The notes under the pieces are model-generated. The model saw only the letters and a program-made list of their open reading frames with translations. It was not told the origin of the DNA and did not search any database. The position numbers and the translations under genes are program-made. From a virus, in IMG/VR virus record IMGVR_UViG_3300045988_144418, positions 1-64,000 of that record: DNA of 64,000 nt. One strand, 5' to 3'. Numbering within the stretch: the stretch's first letter is position 1; each line of letters begins with the position of its first letter. Positions 24,632-35,526 of the stretch are shown in pieces.

Positions 24632-26266
24632 ATGGCGACAAGTGTTTATTTCAACGGTAAGATGAGAACACTCCCTGGGGTGTACTCCACTATTACTTCC
24701 GGAGATAACACCCAGACCAGAACTCTTGACTATGGCACGGTGCTCCTCATAGACACTGGAGTTTTTGGTAGCGGTTGGGGCGGTGGCTCCGGCGTGAATG
24801 GTGTTGACAAGCAGGGGAAGGATGCCGTCTACGAGTTTGATGACTTGCAGACATTCAGAGACTTTGTTAAGGGTGGTATGTACTGGAAAGCGACTGAAGC
24901 TCTTTTCACTCCAGACCCTTATAATCAGGATGCGGCTGGCATTAGCAGACTTTTGTTTGCTCGTGCCTGTACGACAACTCCTGCGAAGATGCAGTTTGCT
25001 TCCGGAAACAGCAAGTTTATCGTTAGGACGATTGACGAGGGCTTGAATGCCAACGGTGTTCTTGACGGTGAATATTTGAAGTTCGGTTATGCTTACACGG
25101 TAGAGCAGGGTACTGATGATGAATCAGCCTTTGTGGTGAAGTTTTGGAGAGGAACCTACACAGGCGACTACACTGATCCTGTGACAGGAGTGACGCTATC
25201 CTATGACGAGCTCACTGTTGCACAGGCGGAGCCATTGCTTATCTGTCAGTCTCCGGAAGTTCGGACTATTCAGGACTTGATTGCGTGGGCTAATGTTGAT
25301 GAAAACTTTGGTGCAAGGTTCATTCTTGATGCTGAATCTCGGTACACGGACGGTGATTCCATCACCAATCCAACACTGGACACCTATGTTTTTGCGGATG
25401 GTGGCACGGAAGACTACAAGCCTACTGATCTTGATGATCTTCTTAACGCCATTCCGGATGTGGACTACAACATTGTGTTCACGGATCAGATTGAGGCTAA
25501 TGCTAATTCCGCTCAGCAGAAAAAAGTGATTGCTCATCGTAACACACAGGCGAAGTTTGACAAATTTGTGTATGTCGGTGCGTACAGCACAAAGGCAAAA
25601 TTCAATGACTCTCTGAATGTGGCCAAGACTATGAACAATCAGTGGATTGTTGCTGTTCACGGTGGTGTGGCCACGGCTTCTGACGCCACGGCATCAGGGT
25701 TCAGGTGGTGGACAGTGTTCTACAATTTGTGTCAGATTGTTGGCAGGGTGTCTGGAAAACCACCTTACATTCCAGTGACGAACAAGACCATTGGTGGTGA
25801 TAAGCTTCAGCACATTCCTACTGAAAAGGAAATGGAGAAAGCTCTTAAGTTCGGTCTTGTGGTTGTTTATCCTAATCCATATCTCCAGAGGTTCGTGGTT
25901 CTTCAGGGTGTTACTACTCTTCAGGACAATACGTTGCTCTTCAACAAAAAGGGTGCGTCATTTAGCATTCAGTTTATGCGTATCATTGCACAACTGAATA
26001 AGGAGTGTGTTGTGAACGCTTCCATTGATCTCCTTGGGGACGAGAACGGTGTGAATATCAATACACTGTCAAAGGGTGCTCTTGAGACTTGGACAGCTAA
26101 TTTTCTCCAGACGAGGGTGGCCACGGATCAGCAGGACAACCTGATTCAGAGGTTCCAAAATGTTGTTGCCAAGAGGGTGGATGACTGTTATCACGTTTCC
26201 TATGAGGTTGTTCTCAACAATGAGGCGACGAAGATATTCTTTACGGGATTCCTTCTCAGAAACTAA
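24632..26266 (+). CDS. contractile tail sheath protein
   Basis: The N-terminus MATSVYFNGKMRTLPGVYSTI is typical of sheath proteins. The 544-aa protein is followed by tube, chaperone and tape measure genes. Confidence 0.6.
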   Translation: MATSVYFNGKMRTLPGVYSTITSGDNTQTRTLDYGTVLLIDTGVFGSGWGGGSGVNGVDKQGKDAVYEFDDLQTFRDFVKGGMYWKATEALFTPDPYNQDAAGISRLLFARACTTTPAKMQFASGNSKFIVRTIDEGLNANGVLDGEYLKFGYAYTVEQGTDDESAFVVKFWRGTYTGDYTDPVTGVTLSYDELTVAQAEPLLICQSPEVRTIQDLIAWANVDENFGARFILDAESRYTDGDSITNPTLDTYVFADGGTEDYKPTDLDDLLNAIPDVDYNIVFTDQIEANANSAQQKKVIAHRNTQAKFDKFVYVGAYSTKAKFNDSLNVAKTMNNQWIVAVHGGVATASDATASGFRWWTVFYNLCQIVGRVSGKPPYIPVTNKTIGGDKLQHIPTEKEMEKALKFGLVVVYPNPYLQRFVVLQGVTTLQDNTLLFNKKGASFSIQFMRIIAQLNKECVVNASIDLLGDENGVNINTLSKGALETWTANFLQTRVATDQQDNLIQRFQNVVAKRVDDCYHVSYEVVLNNEATKIFFTGFLLRN

Positions 26267-26283
26267 TTAAATGAGAGAATATT

Positions 26284-26772
26284 ATGAGCAGAGGAAAAGT
26301 TTTTACGGCTCCAAAGGCGTTCATCAAGATAGATAATCAGGTTGCGGGATATGTCCGCAACCTGACATTCTCCGAGAATGTACAGAGAGCCAATGTGCAG
26401 GGTCTTGGTAGTCTTACCTATCAGGAGGCTCCGCCTGTTGTTTATACCTGTAATTGGCAGGTTGATCAGTACTTCATCTCCTTTGACACTCCAGTGATGA
26501 GGAAGATGTTGAAAAAGTTCGGCACCATTGCTGAAATTAAGAATAGTTTGGTTCTCGGCGACATTGCCTTTGACATCACCGTTTATGCCAAGACTATTCA
26601 GTCAGAGGATCAGCAGACTAAACTTGTGACAGAGGTTGATAATACTGGTCAGACGATAGCTCGTCTTCAGGGGTGCTTGCTGAATTCACAGTCCTTCCAA
26701 CTGTCTGAAGCAGGGCTTGCAGGTGTGAATATTCAGGGTATTTATCTGGAGCCGATTTCGATGGCGAAGTAG
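26284..26772 (+). CDS. tail tube protein
   Basis: A 162-aa ORF immediately after the sheath gene. The call rests on size and position. Confidence 0.55.
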   Translation: MSRGKVFTAPKAFIKIDNQVAGYVRNLTFSENVQRANVQGLGSLTYQEAPPVVYTCNWQVDQYFISFDTPVMRKMLKKFGTIAEIKNSLVLGDIAFDITVYAKTIQSEDQQTKLVTEVDNTGQTIARLQGCLLNSQSFQLSEAGLAGVNIQGIYLEPISMAK

Positions 26773-26795
26773 CGTTATAAAAAGAAAAGAGGATT

Positions 26796-27155
26796 ATGTT
26801 ACAAGAGGAAGTAAAATTTGTCGTTAAGGGACATGAATATACGATTAAGTTTCCCACTGTGGGTCAGTATTACAGCATTGAAGCTTTGAAGCAGTCTTTG
26901 GGTCGTGGTAACTACAATATGATGGTTCAGAGTCCGCTTCGCAGTGTGCAGGATGCGTTGGATATGATTGATATCGAAGCTACCCTTACGATAATGTGTC
27001 CAGACCTTATTAAGGATTTGAAAGTTCCTATTACGGAGCTTGACATTCGGGATTATCTTGATGTTAAGTCTGCCTATATGAAGCAGGTTGCACCGTTCTT
27101 CAAGTCGGTGAATGACGTCTTGCACGGCATAACGGACGCTGAAAATGTGAAGTAA
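26796..27155 (+). CDS. putative tail assembly chaperone
   Basis: A small ORF between the tube and tape measure genes. Confidence 0.4.
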   Translation: MLQEEVKFVVKGHEYTIKFPTVGQYYSIEALKQSLGRGNYNMMVQSPLRSVQDALDMIDIEATLTIMCPDLIKDLKVPITELDIRDYLDVKSAYMKQVAPFFKSVNDVLHGITDAENVK

Positions 27156-27156
27156 T

Positions 27157-27474
27157 ATGGAACGTTCCGAACTGGAACAGGCAATCGTCAGTTGGAATAA
27201 TCGATTCCCTCTGGACAGGTGGTGGCGCAACAAGCATGAAGTCGCATTTATGTCTCCTGTTCACAGGGAATCTTCCTTCTTATATCAATTATTTGAGTTT
27301 GAGGAGGACAAACTGTTTTCCAAGGCGGTTACTGAAGCGGCCACTGTAAAGGACAACGAAGTCTATATTCCTGGAAGTGGTGACATATTTAGAACTTCAG
27401 CCACTCTGGAGGACTTTACAAAGGAGGCGCAGAGGGAAATTGATGAAATGTTAAAGGTGGAAGAAAATGGCTGA
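27157..27474 (+). CDS. putative second tail assembly chaperone / hypothetical
   Basis: A small ORF that starts 1 nt after the previous stop and overlaps the tape measure start. Confidence 0.35.
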   Translation: MERSELEQAIVSWNNRFPLDRWWRNKHEVAFMSPVHRESSFLYQLFEFEEDKLFSKAVTEAATVKDNEVYIPGSGDIFRTSATLEDFTKEAQREIDEMLKVEENG

Positions 27475-29632
27475 CAAACAGATTAGAGTAACCACGGATA
27501 CTTCCGGCATTGAGCGATTCAGGACGGAGGTAAACAATCTGTACAGAGATCTTGAGAAGATTCAACAAAGCCAGGAGCGAATTACAGGCCAGGATGCTGA
27601 TAGAATATATCGGCAGTTTAATGATCTGACACGCACCTATAATGAGGTTGGTGCAGATAATAATCGACAGGCCAATGATGATTACTTTAATCTTACTCGG
27701 TTGTATTATCAGAATAGTTATAATCGAGTGGTTGAGAATCAGCGTAATCAGTATCTTGCACAACAGAGAAGTCAACAACTTGATAATCAGCGTGGGGTGG
27801 TTGATAATTCTAATGTTATTGGCAATGACTCTAATTCACGAAAGTCCATTCTTGAGCAGATTCGTGATACGCTGAATAAGATATTTAATAAGAATCAGAC
27901 TGTTGGTGGAAGACCTTTACAACAGAAAGGGGGTATGCAGGGCGAGGAAGATAGTGAAAGGAGTGATTCTTTTTTAAGATCCGATGTTCAGGGTGGTCTT
28001 CAGTCTATTGCTTCCGGGGATTTTGTTGGTGGTTTTGGAAAGTTGATGGGTCTGGCTGGACTTGGTATTGCCGGAGCTGGATTGATTAAGGCTTTTCAGG
28101 ATACATATCGTGCACAGACAAATGTTTATAGGGCAGGTTCTTCTATTGAACGAGAACTTGAGCGCTTGGATGTCTGGAGTTGGCTTCCGTTTAGTAGTAG
28201 GGGTCGAAATGTGGAAACTACTCGTGAAAATTTAGCTGCCTATTGGAACAATCGTAATGCTCAATATCAGGCGGCCTTGATGAATGGTATTGGTATTGAT
28301 GAAGCCTTTAATTATCAAATAAGAGGGTCTCAGGTTCTTGGGAAGGATGACGATCCTAAATATTCTCGTGCAATGTCAAAAGCCATTCAATTAGCTGGAT
28401 CTTTTGGTGCTGGAGGGGCTGCATTAGGTACAGCAGTGGTTCCAGGAATAGGTAGTGCAATAGGTGGTGGAATAGGTGCTTTTGCTGGATTTTTAGGTGG
28501 TGCTGGATTAGGAGCCTGGAATGAATATATGACTCACAAAGTTCCGGAGATGGAAGTTCATAATAGGGGTTCTATTGTTCTTGGAAAGAATATTTCAGAA
28601 ATGGCTTCTGATCTCTATGACTACAGAAGAGCGGCTGTTTCATCAAGAAATGCTGACAATGAATCAATCTGGCAGACGATGCTTGCTGAAAAGACGTATG
28701 GTCTGGATAAAGGTGTTTTGTCAGGTGTGTATGCGGCCAATAGGTATCAGAATGGATCATTAAGCGCTGATAAGGTTGCTGGAGGGTTACTTGCATCATT
28801 GCAGAGGCAGACAAGTGATCCATTTGAAAGGTCAGTTCGTCTTCAGGAGGATCTTGGTGCATATACGCAGGTTGCGAATTCGACCATTGAACAGACAGGT
28901 GCGCTTGATTCAGAGCTGTTGCGTAACATTATTCAAGGGTTGACGGCCAGAGGTGTTCAGGGGCAGAATCTTTCTTCGATGGCTCAATCTTTTGCAGGCA
29001 ATACGATGTCAGGCTCTCAGTTATCCCGTGCCTTGATTATGCAAGCGGCTACTATGTCGGGAAAAGGTGGTTCCTTGCTTGACTTACAGGCTGAACTGGA
29101 ACATCCAGAAGGAGCGACAATGAAGACCTTGATAAGTAATCTATGGAATATGTCCGGAGGTAATAAGGATTTCTTCGAGACCACACTTTCATCCACACTG
29201 GGAATAAGTGCATCACAGTTGCGAACAGCCAAGCGTAATGCAGCGAGAAATGGAACCAATTTCTTATATGATAAGAATGGAAATCTTGATATAGATTCAA
29301 TCTATAAGAGTGGTATTCTTGGAAAGGAATTTTTTGAGGATGAAGCGGCTGCAATGGTGACAGATCAGGAGCGGAGTGAGGCAGGAACGGCCAATAGAAA
29401 CATCATTGCAGGTAAATTGCAGCAGGATGCCTATCAGAATGGTGATAGTGATTGGTTTAAGTCATTTAAGCAGATAGAAAAGAATCTGGATACATTGCTA
29501 CAAATGATGTATAGCGGTGTTGATGTTAATATAAAGAGTGTATCTGCCAGAGCAGCAGGACAGGGGTCAACGTCAAGTTATGTTAGTGGTAGAGGAGCCT
29601 CGGGCTATTCTGCCGGAGGTGGTGGTAGGTAA
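27467..29632 (+). CDS. tail tape measure protein
   Basis: The 721-aa protein has an N-terminal Q/N/R-rich helical region and Gly-rich hydrophobic segments (GLAGLGIAGAGLIKAF, GSFGAGGAALGTAVVPGIGSAIGGGIGAFAGFLGGAGLGAW). Its position is canonical. Confidence 0.7.
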   Translation: MADKQIRVTTDTSGIERFRTEVNNLYRDLEKIQQSQERITGQDADRIYRQFNDLTRTYNEVGADNNRQANDDYFNLTRLYYQNSYNRVVENQRNQYLAQQRSQQLDNQRGVVDNSNVIGNDSNSRKSILEQIRDTLNKIFNKNQTVGGRPLQQKGGMQGEEDSERSDSFLRSDVQGGLQSIASGDFVGGFGKLMGLAGLGIAGAGLIKAFQDTYRAQTNVYRAGSSIERELERLDVWSWLPFSSRGRNVETTRENLAAYWNNRNAQYQAALMNGIGIDEAFNYQIRGSQVLGKDDDPKYSRAMSKAIQLAGSFGAGGAALGTAVVPGIGSAIGGGIGAFAGFLGGAGLGAWNEYMTHKVPEMEVHNRGSIVLGKNISEMASDLYDYRRAAVSSRNADNESIWQTMLAEKTYGLDKGVLSGVYAANRYQNGSLSADKVAGGLLASLQRQTSDPFERSVRLQEDLGAYTQVANSTIEQTGALDSELLRNIIQGLTARGVQGQNLSSMAQSFAGNTMSGSQLSRALIMQAATMSGKGGSLLDLQAELEHPEGATMKTLISNLWNMSGGNKDFFETTLSSTLGISASQLRTAKRNAARNGTNFLYDKNGNLDIDSIYKSGILGKEFFEDEAAAMVTDQERSEAGTANRNIIAGKLQQDAYQNGDSDWFKSFKQIEKNLDTLLQMMYSGVDVNIKSVSARAAGQGSTSSYVSGRGASGYSAGGGGR

Positions 29633-29642
29633 TTGAAAGATT

Positions 29643-32360
29643 ATGGGTGATATAAGTAAGAATTATTCCTATGCCGAGTTTTCACGTTCTGGAACAGCGG
29701 CGAAAAAGGGGTGGAACAATTCCATTCCAGAGCAATATAAGTCAAATATTCAAAGGCTTTGTGTATCTACTTTGCAACCCATAAATGATGCGACAGGGTG
29801 GATTAATATAATTTCATCGGGCTATAGGTCAAAGCAGTTAAATAAGGAGGTTGGTGGGGTTGGTTCATCTCATCATCTAACAGGCTGTGCGGCTGACTGT
29901 AATTTTTATAAGATTACAAACGGGAAGAAGGAGCGAGTACCTTGTAAGGAGGTGAAAGATAAGGTCAATGAGCTTGGGCTTCCATACACTGAATTGATCG
30001 TCTATGAAAAACAGGGTTTTGTTCATATCGCCTATACTGGAATAGCGAAGAAGAAAGTGAAGATGAGTGATCCAGCTGATGGTGCGGATATTCAGGTTGA
30101 ATACCCTGTGAATGAAATTGTGGGTCAGTATTGTTTTTATACGACACAGAAGATAGACGGTGCTGATGAACAGGGTAATATCACGATTGAGAATCTGAAC
30201 GAAGCCTTGAAAAATCTTGGATTTACTTTTGGTGATGGCGGTAAACCGAATAAGGATTGGCTGGAGTTTACTGATGGTAATCAGACAAATCTGGAGCGTA
30301 TTGTGGAGATGTTCTCTCCTACGGAAAAGGTTAAGTATAAGGATGATATTGAAAATGGTCAAGTGCCTTATATTAAGGTCGGGACACGGCTATTAGTTAA
30401 GTCTGTGGATTTGGAAGCTCAGAGGATAAAGTTTGAAAATTCTGACGTGTTTGAGGTTCCTGACAAGACGGCTGTGATGTACTGGACTGATAATATAAGG
30501 AAGATAACAAGTGACCCATTGTATCAGTCTGTGTGGAAGAACCCACTTGGAAATGTTGTGGTGCAGCAGAAGAATCTTAATGCCAAGATTTGGGTTTGGA
30601 GTAGGGCATTTGGGCGGCTTGTGGACATTTCACCCTATGTTCTTTCCATTTCCACAAATAAGAGCGGTTTTAATGGTTCATTTTCTATTCAGGTTAATCC
30701 AGTTAAGATAGCGAGAAATGTTACTGGGTTTAACTATGATGAAGTAAATAGGTTTAATGCCGATGTTGAACTTGAGGGCAGGGACAATGATTCTGATGCG
30801 GATAGAGCATTAGGCTATTCTAAGACACTGGATTGGTTTAGTGTTTTTATGCAGCAGAATGATATGGTCTGGCTTCGTTTTGAAGAGCTTCAGATGGAGG
30901 AGAAGTATCAGGCCGATGAGAATGATTCACTTGTTAAGGCCAGTACTGATTTGACGAGCTCTCTTATCTGGGATATGATTGGCTTTGTGGATAATGTTAC
31001 AAGCAGTATCAATTATGATGGCACCTCCTATGCTGTATCTATAGAGGGGAGGGATTTTTCCAAACTGTTTGAGGATGATGGCATAAGTTTCATTCCGTTT
31101 AATTCCATATTTGGTTCCGCTCATAATATGATGTTGATGGCGAGTGATGAAAGTCCTTGGCTTCGCAGAAACGGTGATGGAATGATTGCCTTTGGAATGT
31201 ATTTTCAGTCTATTAAGTCCAGTCTTGGGTTTATCTTTGAGAAGTGTTCTCAGATAGAGATGATCCCAATTGATTTGTTTCAGGCCTGTGACAGGTATTT
31301 AAGTTCAGATGGTGAGGGAACCTTTGATCCAAAGGGTGTCTGGCGGCTGTTTAAGATATGGTGTGATAATCAGCTTGATAACAGAATCTTCTATAATAAT
31401 GCTCTTGTGAATCCTGATGGCAGTATAGCGGATTTCATTCGTTCAACGTGCAAGGAGCCGTTTGTGGAGATACTTGGTGACACTTGGGGTGCAGGGTATG
31501 ATTTGATAGTTCGTAAGCCACCGTTTGACAAGTCTTCTATCCAGACAATGTATTACGCCAAGAACAGTCAGGGTGCTTCCGTTGATTCTTACATTGACAT
31601 TGTTGATGAGGACTTGTTTAGCTTTAATCTGGCATTTGATAATAGGGTTTATTCTTGGTATAAGATAGTTCCGGCTGATGGTCTTATTCCGGGACTGGAG
31701 GCTAATACGGTATCTATTATTATTCCAGTTTTTTATCTGGATGCTTATGTTAAGGTTTTTGGGAACAAGCGGTGTATCGTGCAGGATCCGTATGTGCTTT
31801 CCGCCTATCTTGGTGGCAATAAGTCGGAGGAGAAGACAAATTCACTGTTCACCACTTTGGCGGCTGATTATATTTATGCGATAGAAAGTACAGCGTATCT
31901 TCCGTTTACTCGAAAGGGAACGATAACCATTAACGGTGATAGGCGCATTAAGGTGGGGACATTTGTTCGGCTTGCAGCTACAAATGAGATTTTCTACGTT
32001 ACAGGTGTGCAGCAGAGTATTTCGTTTGGCGAATCCAGTGTTGATAGACAGACAGTGCTTACTGTTGAGCGAGGAATGGTGGTTGACTATATCACTAATG
32101 AGAAATATAACTATTTTAATATTGTGAATATAGATGGTCTTAAGGATGCACTTGAAAAAGCCTTGTCCTCTGGTGTAGCTAACACGGAGTTTAACACTAC
32201 TCTTACTCGTGAGGGTGATGTGTTTAACTTTTTCTTAAGACGTAGACAGTTCGTGAAAAATGTATGGAACGCTTCCATATCAACTGGAGCGTTGTTTGAA
32301 GGAGAGGGGAATCTGGCTGCATTTTCATCAGATAAGATTGTGAGTCGTAAGGAGATTTAG
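29643..32360 (+). CDS. tail/baseplate hub protein with N-terminal M15-family zinc peptidase (cell-wall hydrolase) domain
   Basis: SGYRSKQLNKEVGGVGSSHHLTGCAADCNF ... GFVHIAY matches the SxHxxGxAxD ... H motif of M15/VanY-type peptidases. The 905-aa protein follows the tape measure gene. Confidence 0.6.
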   Translation: MGDISKNYSYAEFSRSGTAAKKGWNNSIPEQYKSNIQRLCVSTLQPINDATGWINIISSGYRSKQLNKEVGGVGSSHHLTGCAADCNFYKITNGKKERVPCKEVKDKVNELGLPYTELIVYEKQGFVHIAYTGIAKKKVKMSDPADGADIQVEYPVNEIVGQYCFYTTQKIDGADEQGNITIENLNEALKNLGFTFGDGGKPNKDWLEFTDGNQTNLERIVEMFSPTEKVKYKDDIENGQVPYIKVGTRLLVKSVDLEAQRIKFENSDVFEVPDKTAVMYWTDNIRKITSDPLYQSVWKNPLGNVVVQQKNLNAKIWVWSRAFGRLVDISPYVLSISTNKSGFNGSFSIQVNPVKIARNVTGFNYDEVNRFNADVELEGRDNDSDADRALGYSKTLDWFSVFMQQNDMVWLRFEELQMEEKYQADENDSLVKASTDLTSSLIWDMIGFVDNVTSSINYDGTSYAVSIEGRDFSKLFEDDGISFIPFNSIFGSAHNMMLMASDESPWLRRNGDGMIAFGMYFQSIKSSLGFIFEKCSQIEMIPIDLFQACDRYLSSDGEGTFDPKGVWRLFKIWCDNQLDNRIFYNNALVNPDGSIADFIRSTCKEPFVEILGDTWGAGYDLIVRKPPFDKSSIQTMYYAKNSQGASVDSYIDIVDEDLFSFNLAFDNRVYSWYKIVPADGLIPGLEANTVSIIIPVFYLDAYVKVFGNKRCIVQDPYVLSAYLGGNKSEEKTNSLFTTLAADYIYAIESTAYLPFTRKGTITINGDRRIKVGTFVRLAATNEIFYVTGVQQSISFGESSVDRQTVLTVERGMVVDYITNEKYNYFNIVNIDGLKDALEKALSSGVANTEFNTTLTREGDVFNFFLRRRQFVKNVWNASISTGALFEGEGNLAAFSSDKIVSRKEI

Positions 32361-32361
32361 T

Positions 32362-33510
32362 ATGATGTTTGATCAGAAGATATATGTTGACCTTTCGGGT
32401 TATAAGGAGGGTGTTACACCTGTTACGGCTGATTTGGGTGGTCAGAGTGTGGGGCTTGCTCGTGTGATTGTTCCATCGGGTGTTGATAGGGATCAGTATG
32501 TTGCAGACTGTTATCGTACAGGTCGTATTGATCTTTATGATGAAAGTCAGGGGACATATTTGAAGCAGTGTTATGCCACCAATGAGGTTCTTGCCAATCT
32601 AAGATTTCCAAGAGGTGTCGGTGATATTGGTGATCCTGTTGTGTGGGTGGCACAGCCTATCATATTTAATAGGCCTATGGTTGTCGGTACGTTTCCGAGC
32701 GGTGATAGGATGCGTCTTGGCACTGATCAGACAATTGAGATTCACAAAGAATGGGATAAGGGGTATGTTGATGTTACGGCTGATGCCAAGGACGGTTCTT
32801 TGAATGTGGTGGTTCACGGTCAGGAAAAGAGTGGTGGAACGGTGCGTGTGTCAGTGCTTGGTGATGAGAAGTCCATCCTTGAGGTGAAGTCTGACGGTCT
32901 TGTGTCCGTTGAATCTGGAAAGGAGCTTCGAGTGCGCTCCTATGAGAAGATAGATATACAGTTGGAGAACCCTGATAATCTGGATCAGACAGGTGTTGTT
33001 GTCACAAAGGATAGTGTTGATATTGCGGCTAATTATTCCGTGGATGAGGAGAATGCTGAAAAGGTGAACTACACTAAGGCTCATATCACTAAGAATGGTG
33101 TGTCCTGTGAGGAGTACTTTTGTGAGAATGATGATGTAACGAAGTATAATGTTGACATCAACAAGGAGGGGTTTATCGCAAAATCGGCGATTAAGGATGA
33201 TAAAGTGCAGTTTACTCACACAATCACTGATGAAGAGTGCAAAATCGAATTTAAGGACATTATTTTCACCCTAAAGGAAAAGCTTGCGGTTCTTCAACAG
33301 GGTGAAGACACCAAGGTAGAGCTAAAGGAGGGTAAAGTGGCGATAATTAATTCCGGTACTGGAATGAATGATATTCTTTCCTTGCTTGTTGATACGATAG
33401 AAAAGTTGACGGTGGCGACCTCTATGGGTCCGAGTGGCACACCACTTCCTCCTACTATTCAAGCTACTACGCAGTTGAAGCAGAAATTGAATCAATTTTT
33501 TAACGAATAG
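32362..33510 (+). CDS. putative baseplate central spike (gp5/VgrG-like beta-helix)
   Basis: Repetitive V-x-V-x-x-D/G beta-strand-like segments, for example LNVVVHGQEKSGGTVRVSVLGDEKSILEVKSDGLVSVESGKELRVRS. The position after the hub supports the call. Confidence 0.4.
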   Translation: MMFDQKIYVDLSGYKEGVTPVTADLGGQSVGLARVIVPSGVDRDQYVADCYRTGRIDLYDESQGTYLKQCYATNEVLANLRFPRGVGDIGDPVVWVAQPIIFNRPMVVGTFPSGDRMRLGTDQTIEIHKEWDKGYVDVTADAKDGSLNVVVHGQEKSGGTVRVSVLGDEKSILEVKSDGLVSVESGKELRVRSYEKIDIQLENPDNLDQTGVVVTKDSVDIAANYSVDEENAEKVNYTKAHITKNGVSCEEYFCENDDVTKYNVDINKEGFIAKSAIKDDKVQFTHTITDEECKIEFKDIIFTLKEKLAVLQQGEDTKVELKEGKVAIINSGTGMNDILSLLVDTIEKLTVATSMGPSGTPLPPTIQATTQLKQKLNQFFNE

Positions 33511-33514
33511 AATT

Positions 33515-33736
33515 ATGGCACTTGTACCACAGAATCTGGCCACGCAGTTGTATGGGTTCTTTCAGGAGATGCGTAACGTCACTGAAGCTGACGATATGGC
33601 TATGGCTCAGAAGTTTGCTAATATCATAGACGGATACATTAAGACAGCACAGGTGGCTCCTGGAATTCCAGTGGCTACAGCCGGAACAGCAGCAGCTCAA
33701 ACGGGGGCGACCACTGCACCTGGAACTTTGATATAA
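33515..33736 (+). CDS. small hypothetical baseplate-region protein (73 aa)
   Basis: An ORF tightly packed among the baseplate genes. Confidence 0.4.
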   Translation: MALVPQNLATQLYGFFQEMRNVTEADDMAMAQKFANIIDGYIKTAQVAPGIPVATAGTAAAQTGATTAPGTLI

Positions 33737-33769
33737 TTTTGTATCTTTGCGTAAAAGAATGGGTGAATT

Positions 33770-34612
33770 ATGTCAGATGTGACGGAATACTTGCAGAATC
33801 GTGGAAACACCGTGATAAATGAGGCGATGCGGCTTGCCAAGAACATTGGTCTTCAGGCTATTGCGACAATGATGCCACACGAGTTTGAGTGGTATATGGT
33901 TGCCTTGGAGCTGGCCACGGCTGACAATAAGACGATAGACTATCTTACTTTTCCTATAATGCCTAATTCATTGTCCAAGGTGGAGCAAAATCGTACGTCC
34001 ATTAAGAAGTCCTTGAGTGGTGTGACTGTCTTGCAAAATTCAGCACTTCCACTCGGAGAGATTGTTCTCCAAGGTAATTTTGGGCGTGGGTTTAAGAATC
34101 TTGTAGGTATCAGTAATGATGTCTTTGGTGGTGCTCAGGCTTATAGTATGAAAGCAGGGAAGTACGATCTTTATTCCCTTCAGGAAGGAAGTGGTAGAAA
34201 GATTCCAAAGGTTAGGACATTTAATGCGGCTGTAAAGACAGGTTATGGTGTCGTAAAGATGCTTCAGGCTATGTTGAGCAAGAGCGTTGGGCACGATAAT
34301 CAGGGGAGACCGTTTCGCCTATTTTTCTATAATATGGCATTTGGAGAGTGTTATCAGGTTGTGGTTCCTTCCAACGGAATGCGATTCTATCAGGATCTTT
34401 CTAACAATATGATATGGAACTACGACTTGCGATTGACTGTTGTGGCTCCGCTTGATGCAGTTGTTAAGGATTCCAGGAAGTGGAAGCAGCTTGCGGCTTC
34501 AGCCATTAAGGGGAGTGTGGATATTGTCAGCACTGAAGTTAGGGACGTTGTTGGTGATCTCGGTGAAAAGGCAAGTATGAAAATTGATGACTGGACTAAT
34601 ATAGGGAACTGA
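33770..34612 (+). CDS. hypothetical baseplate-region protein (280 aa)
   Basis: The call is positional only. Confidence 0.5.
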   Translation: MSDVTEYLQNRGNTVINEAMRLAKNIGLQAIATMMPHEFEWYMVALELATADNKTIDYLTFPIMPNSLSKVEQNRTSIKKSLSGVTVLQNSALPLGEIVLQGNFGRGFKNLVGISNDVFGGAQAYSMKAGKYDLYSLQEGSGRKIPKVRTFNAAVKTGYGVVKMLQAMLSKSVGHDNQGRPFRLFFYNMAFGECYQVVVPSNGMRFYQDLSNNMIWNYDLRLTVVAPLDAVVKDSRKWKQLAASAIKGSVDIVSTEVRDVVGDLGEKASMKIDDWTNIGN

Positions 34613-35526
34613 TGAACACGAGGGTTTTTGAAAGATTTCAGACTATTACAGGATATGATATTAAGTCATATCTTGAGAACTTTGTATTGTTCTGTCGGAA
34701 TTCCTTTCCTACGATTGTTCAGTATTATAACGGTAAGACTGTTGATACTAAAAAAGTGTTTAGTGAACTGGACTATCTTATACTCCAGTCTGAGACAATT
34801 GAATCTCTTTTTAGCTTGAAGGCTAATCAGATGGACACTATAGACTACTGGGAATTGCTGGATGTGTTTACAAATAGTCAGACAAAACTCTGGACTATAA
34901 ACAATTCTTCCAAGTGGTTTAGAAGTGCAATTATAGGGCGGTATGGGGGCAATACTGTGGTTCAGCGTACATTGAAGTCCAGGGAGACGTTTGAAAATGT
35001 TACGGAGTCACTTGGTATTTCTGAATCAGATGATTCGTGGGTTGATATAGCGAGACCGAACCAGATTGAGGAGGAAGACTACACACCTGATGACGGCTCC
35101 CCTATGTTTAAGATTAATATTAAGACAGGCGGTGTGTCACCGATTGATAACATTGTTGATTCATTGAGTGATAAGAGCATACTTGGCAAGGATGTTGACA
35201 AGAAGTTTGCGTTTGGCGGAAATGACTTGGTGACGGTTGAATATGATAATGCAGTTCGACAGGCACTTGATACAATTCTTAACAGCATACAGGGTTCAAT
35301 TCCGGAGTTTCCGGAATACGGCTTTGCTGACAGGGCGATAGGTGTGTCAATGAAAGCCCTTTCCTATCCTACCATTATAAAGAATATGATGGATATGTTT
35401 AGCAGAGATGGTCGGTGGGATGAGGTGAATATTCTTGATCTTTATGTTAAGGATGATAATGTGTTCTGCAAGATTAGCGCACGAACTGTTGTAAATAATT
35501 ATATTGTAACTAATGTTCAGATATGA
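34612..35526 (+). CDS. baseplate protein with C-terminal gp25-like (baseplate wedge W) region
   Basis: IQGSIPEFPEYGFADRAIG...DGRWDEVNILDLYVKDDNVFCKISA resembles the GPW/gp25 pattern. Its start overlaps the previous stop. Confidence 0.45.
   Translation: MNTRVFERFQTITGYDIKSYLENFVLFCRNSFPTIVQYYNGKTVDTKKVFSELDYLILQSETIESLFSLKANQMDTIDYWELLDVFTNSQTKLWTINNSSKWFRSAIIGRYGGNTVVQRTLKSRETFENVTESLGISESDDSWVDIARPNQIEEEDYTPDDGSPMFKINIKTGGVSPIDNIVDSLSDKSILGKDVDKKFAFGGNDLVTVEYDNAVRQALDTILNSIQGSIPEFPEYGFADRAIGVSMKALSYPTIIKNMMDMFSRDGRWDEVNILDLYVKDDNVFCKISARTVVNNYIVTNVQI

Noticed and set aside
26796-27474. Programmed -1 frameshift in the tail assembly chaperone pair
   Set aside because: The second ORF is in the +1 frame and starts with its own ATG 1 nt after the first stop. 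No -1 frame extension or slippery heptamer was evident, so they are called as two separate genes.
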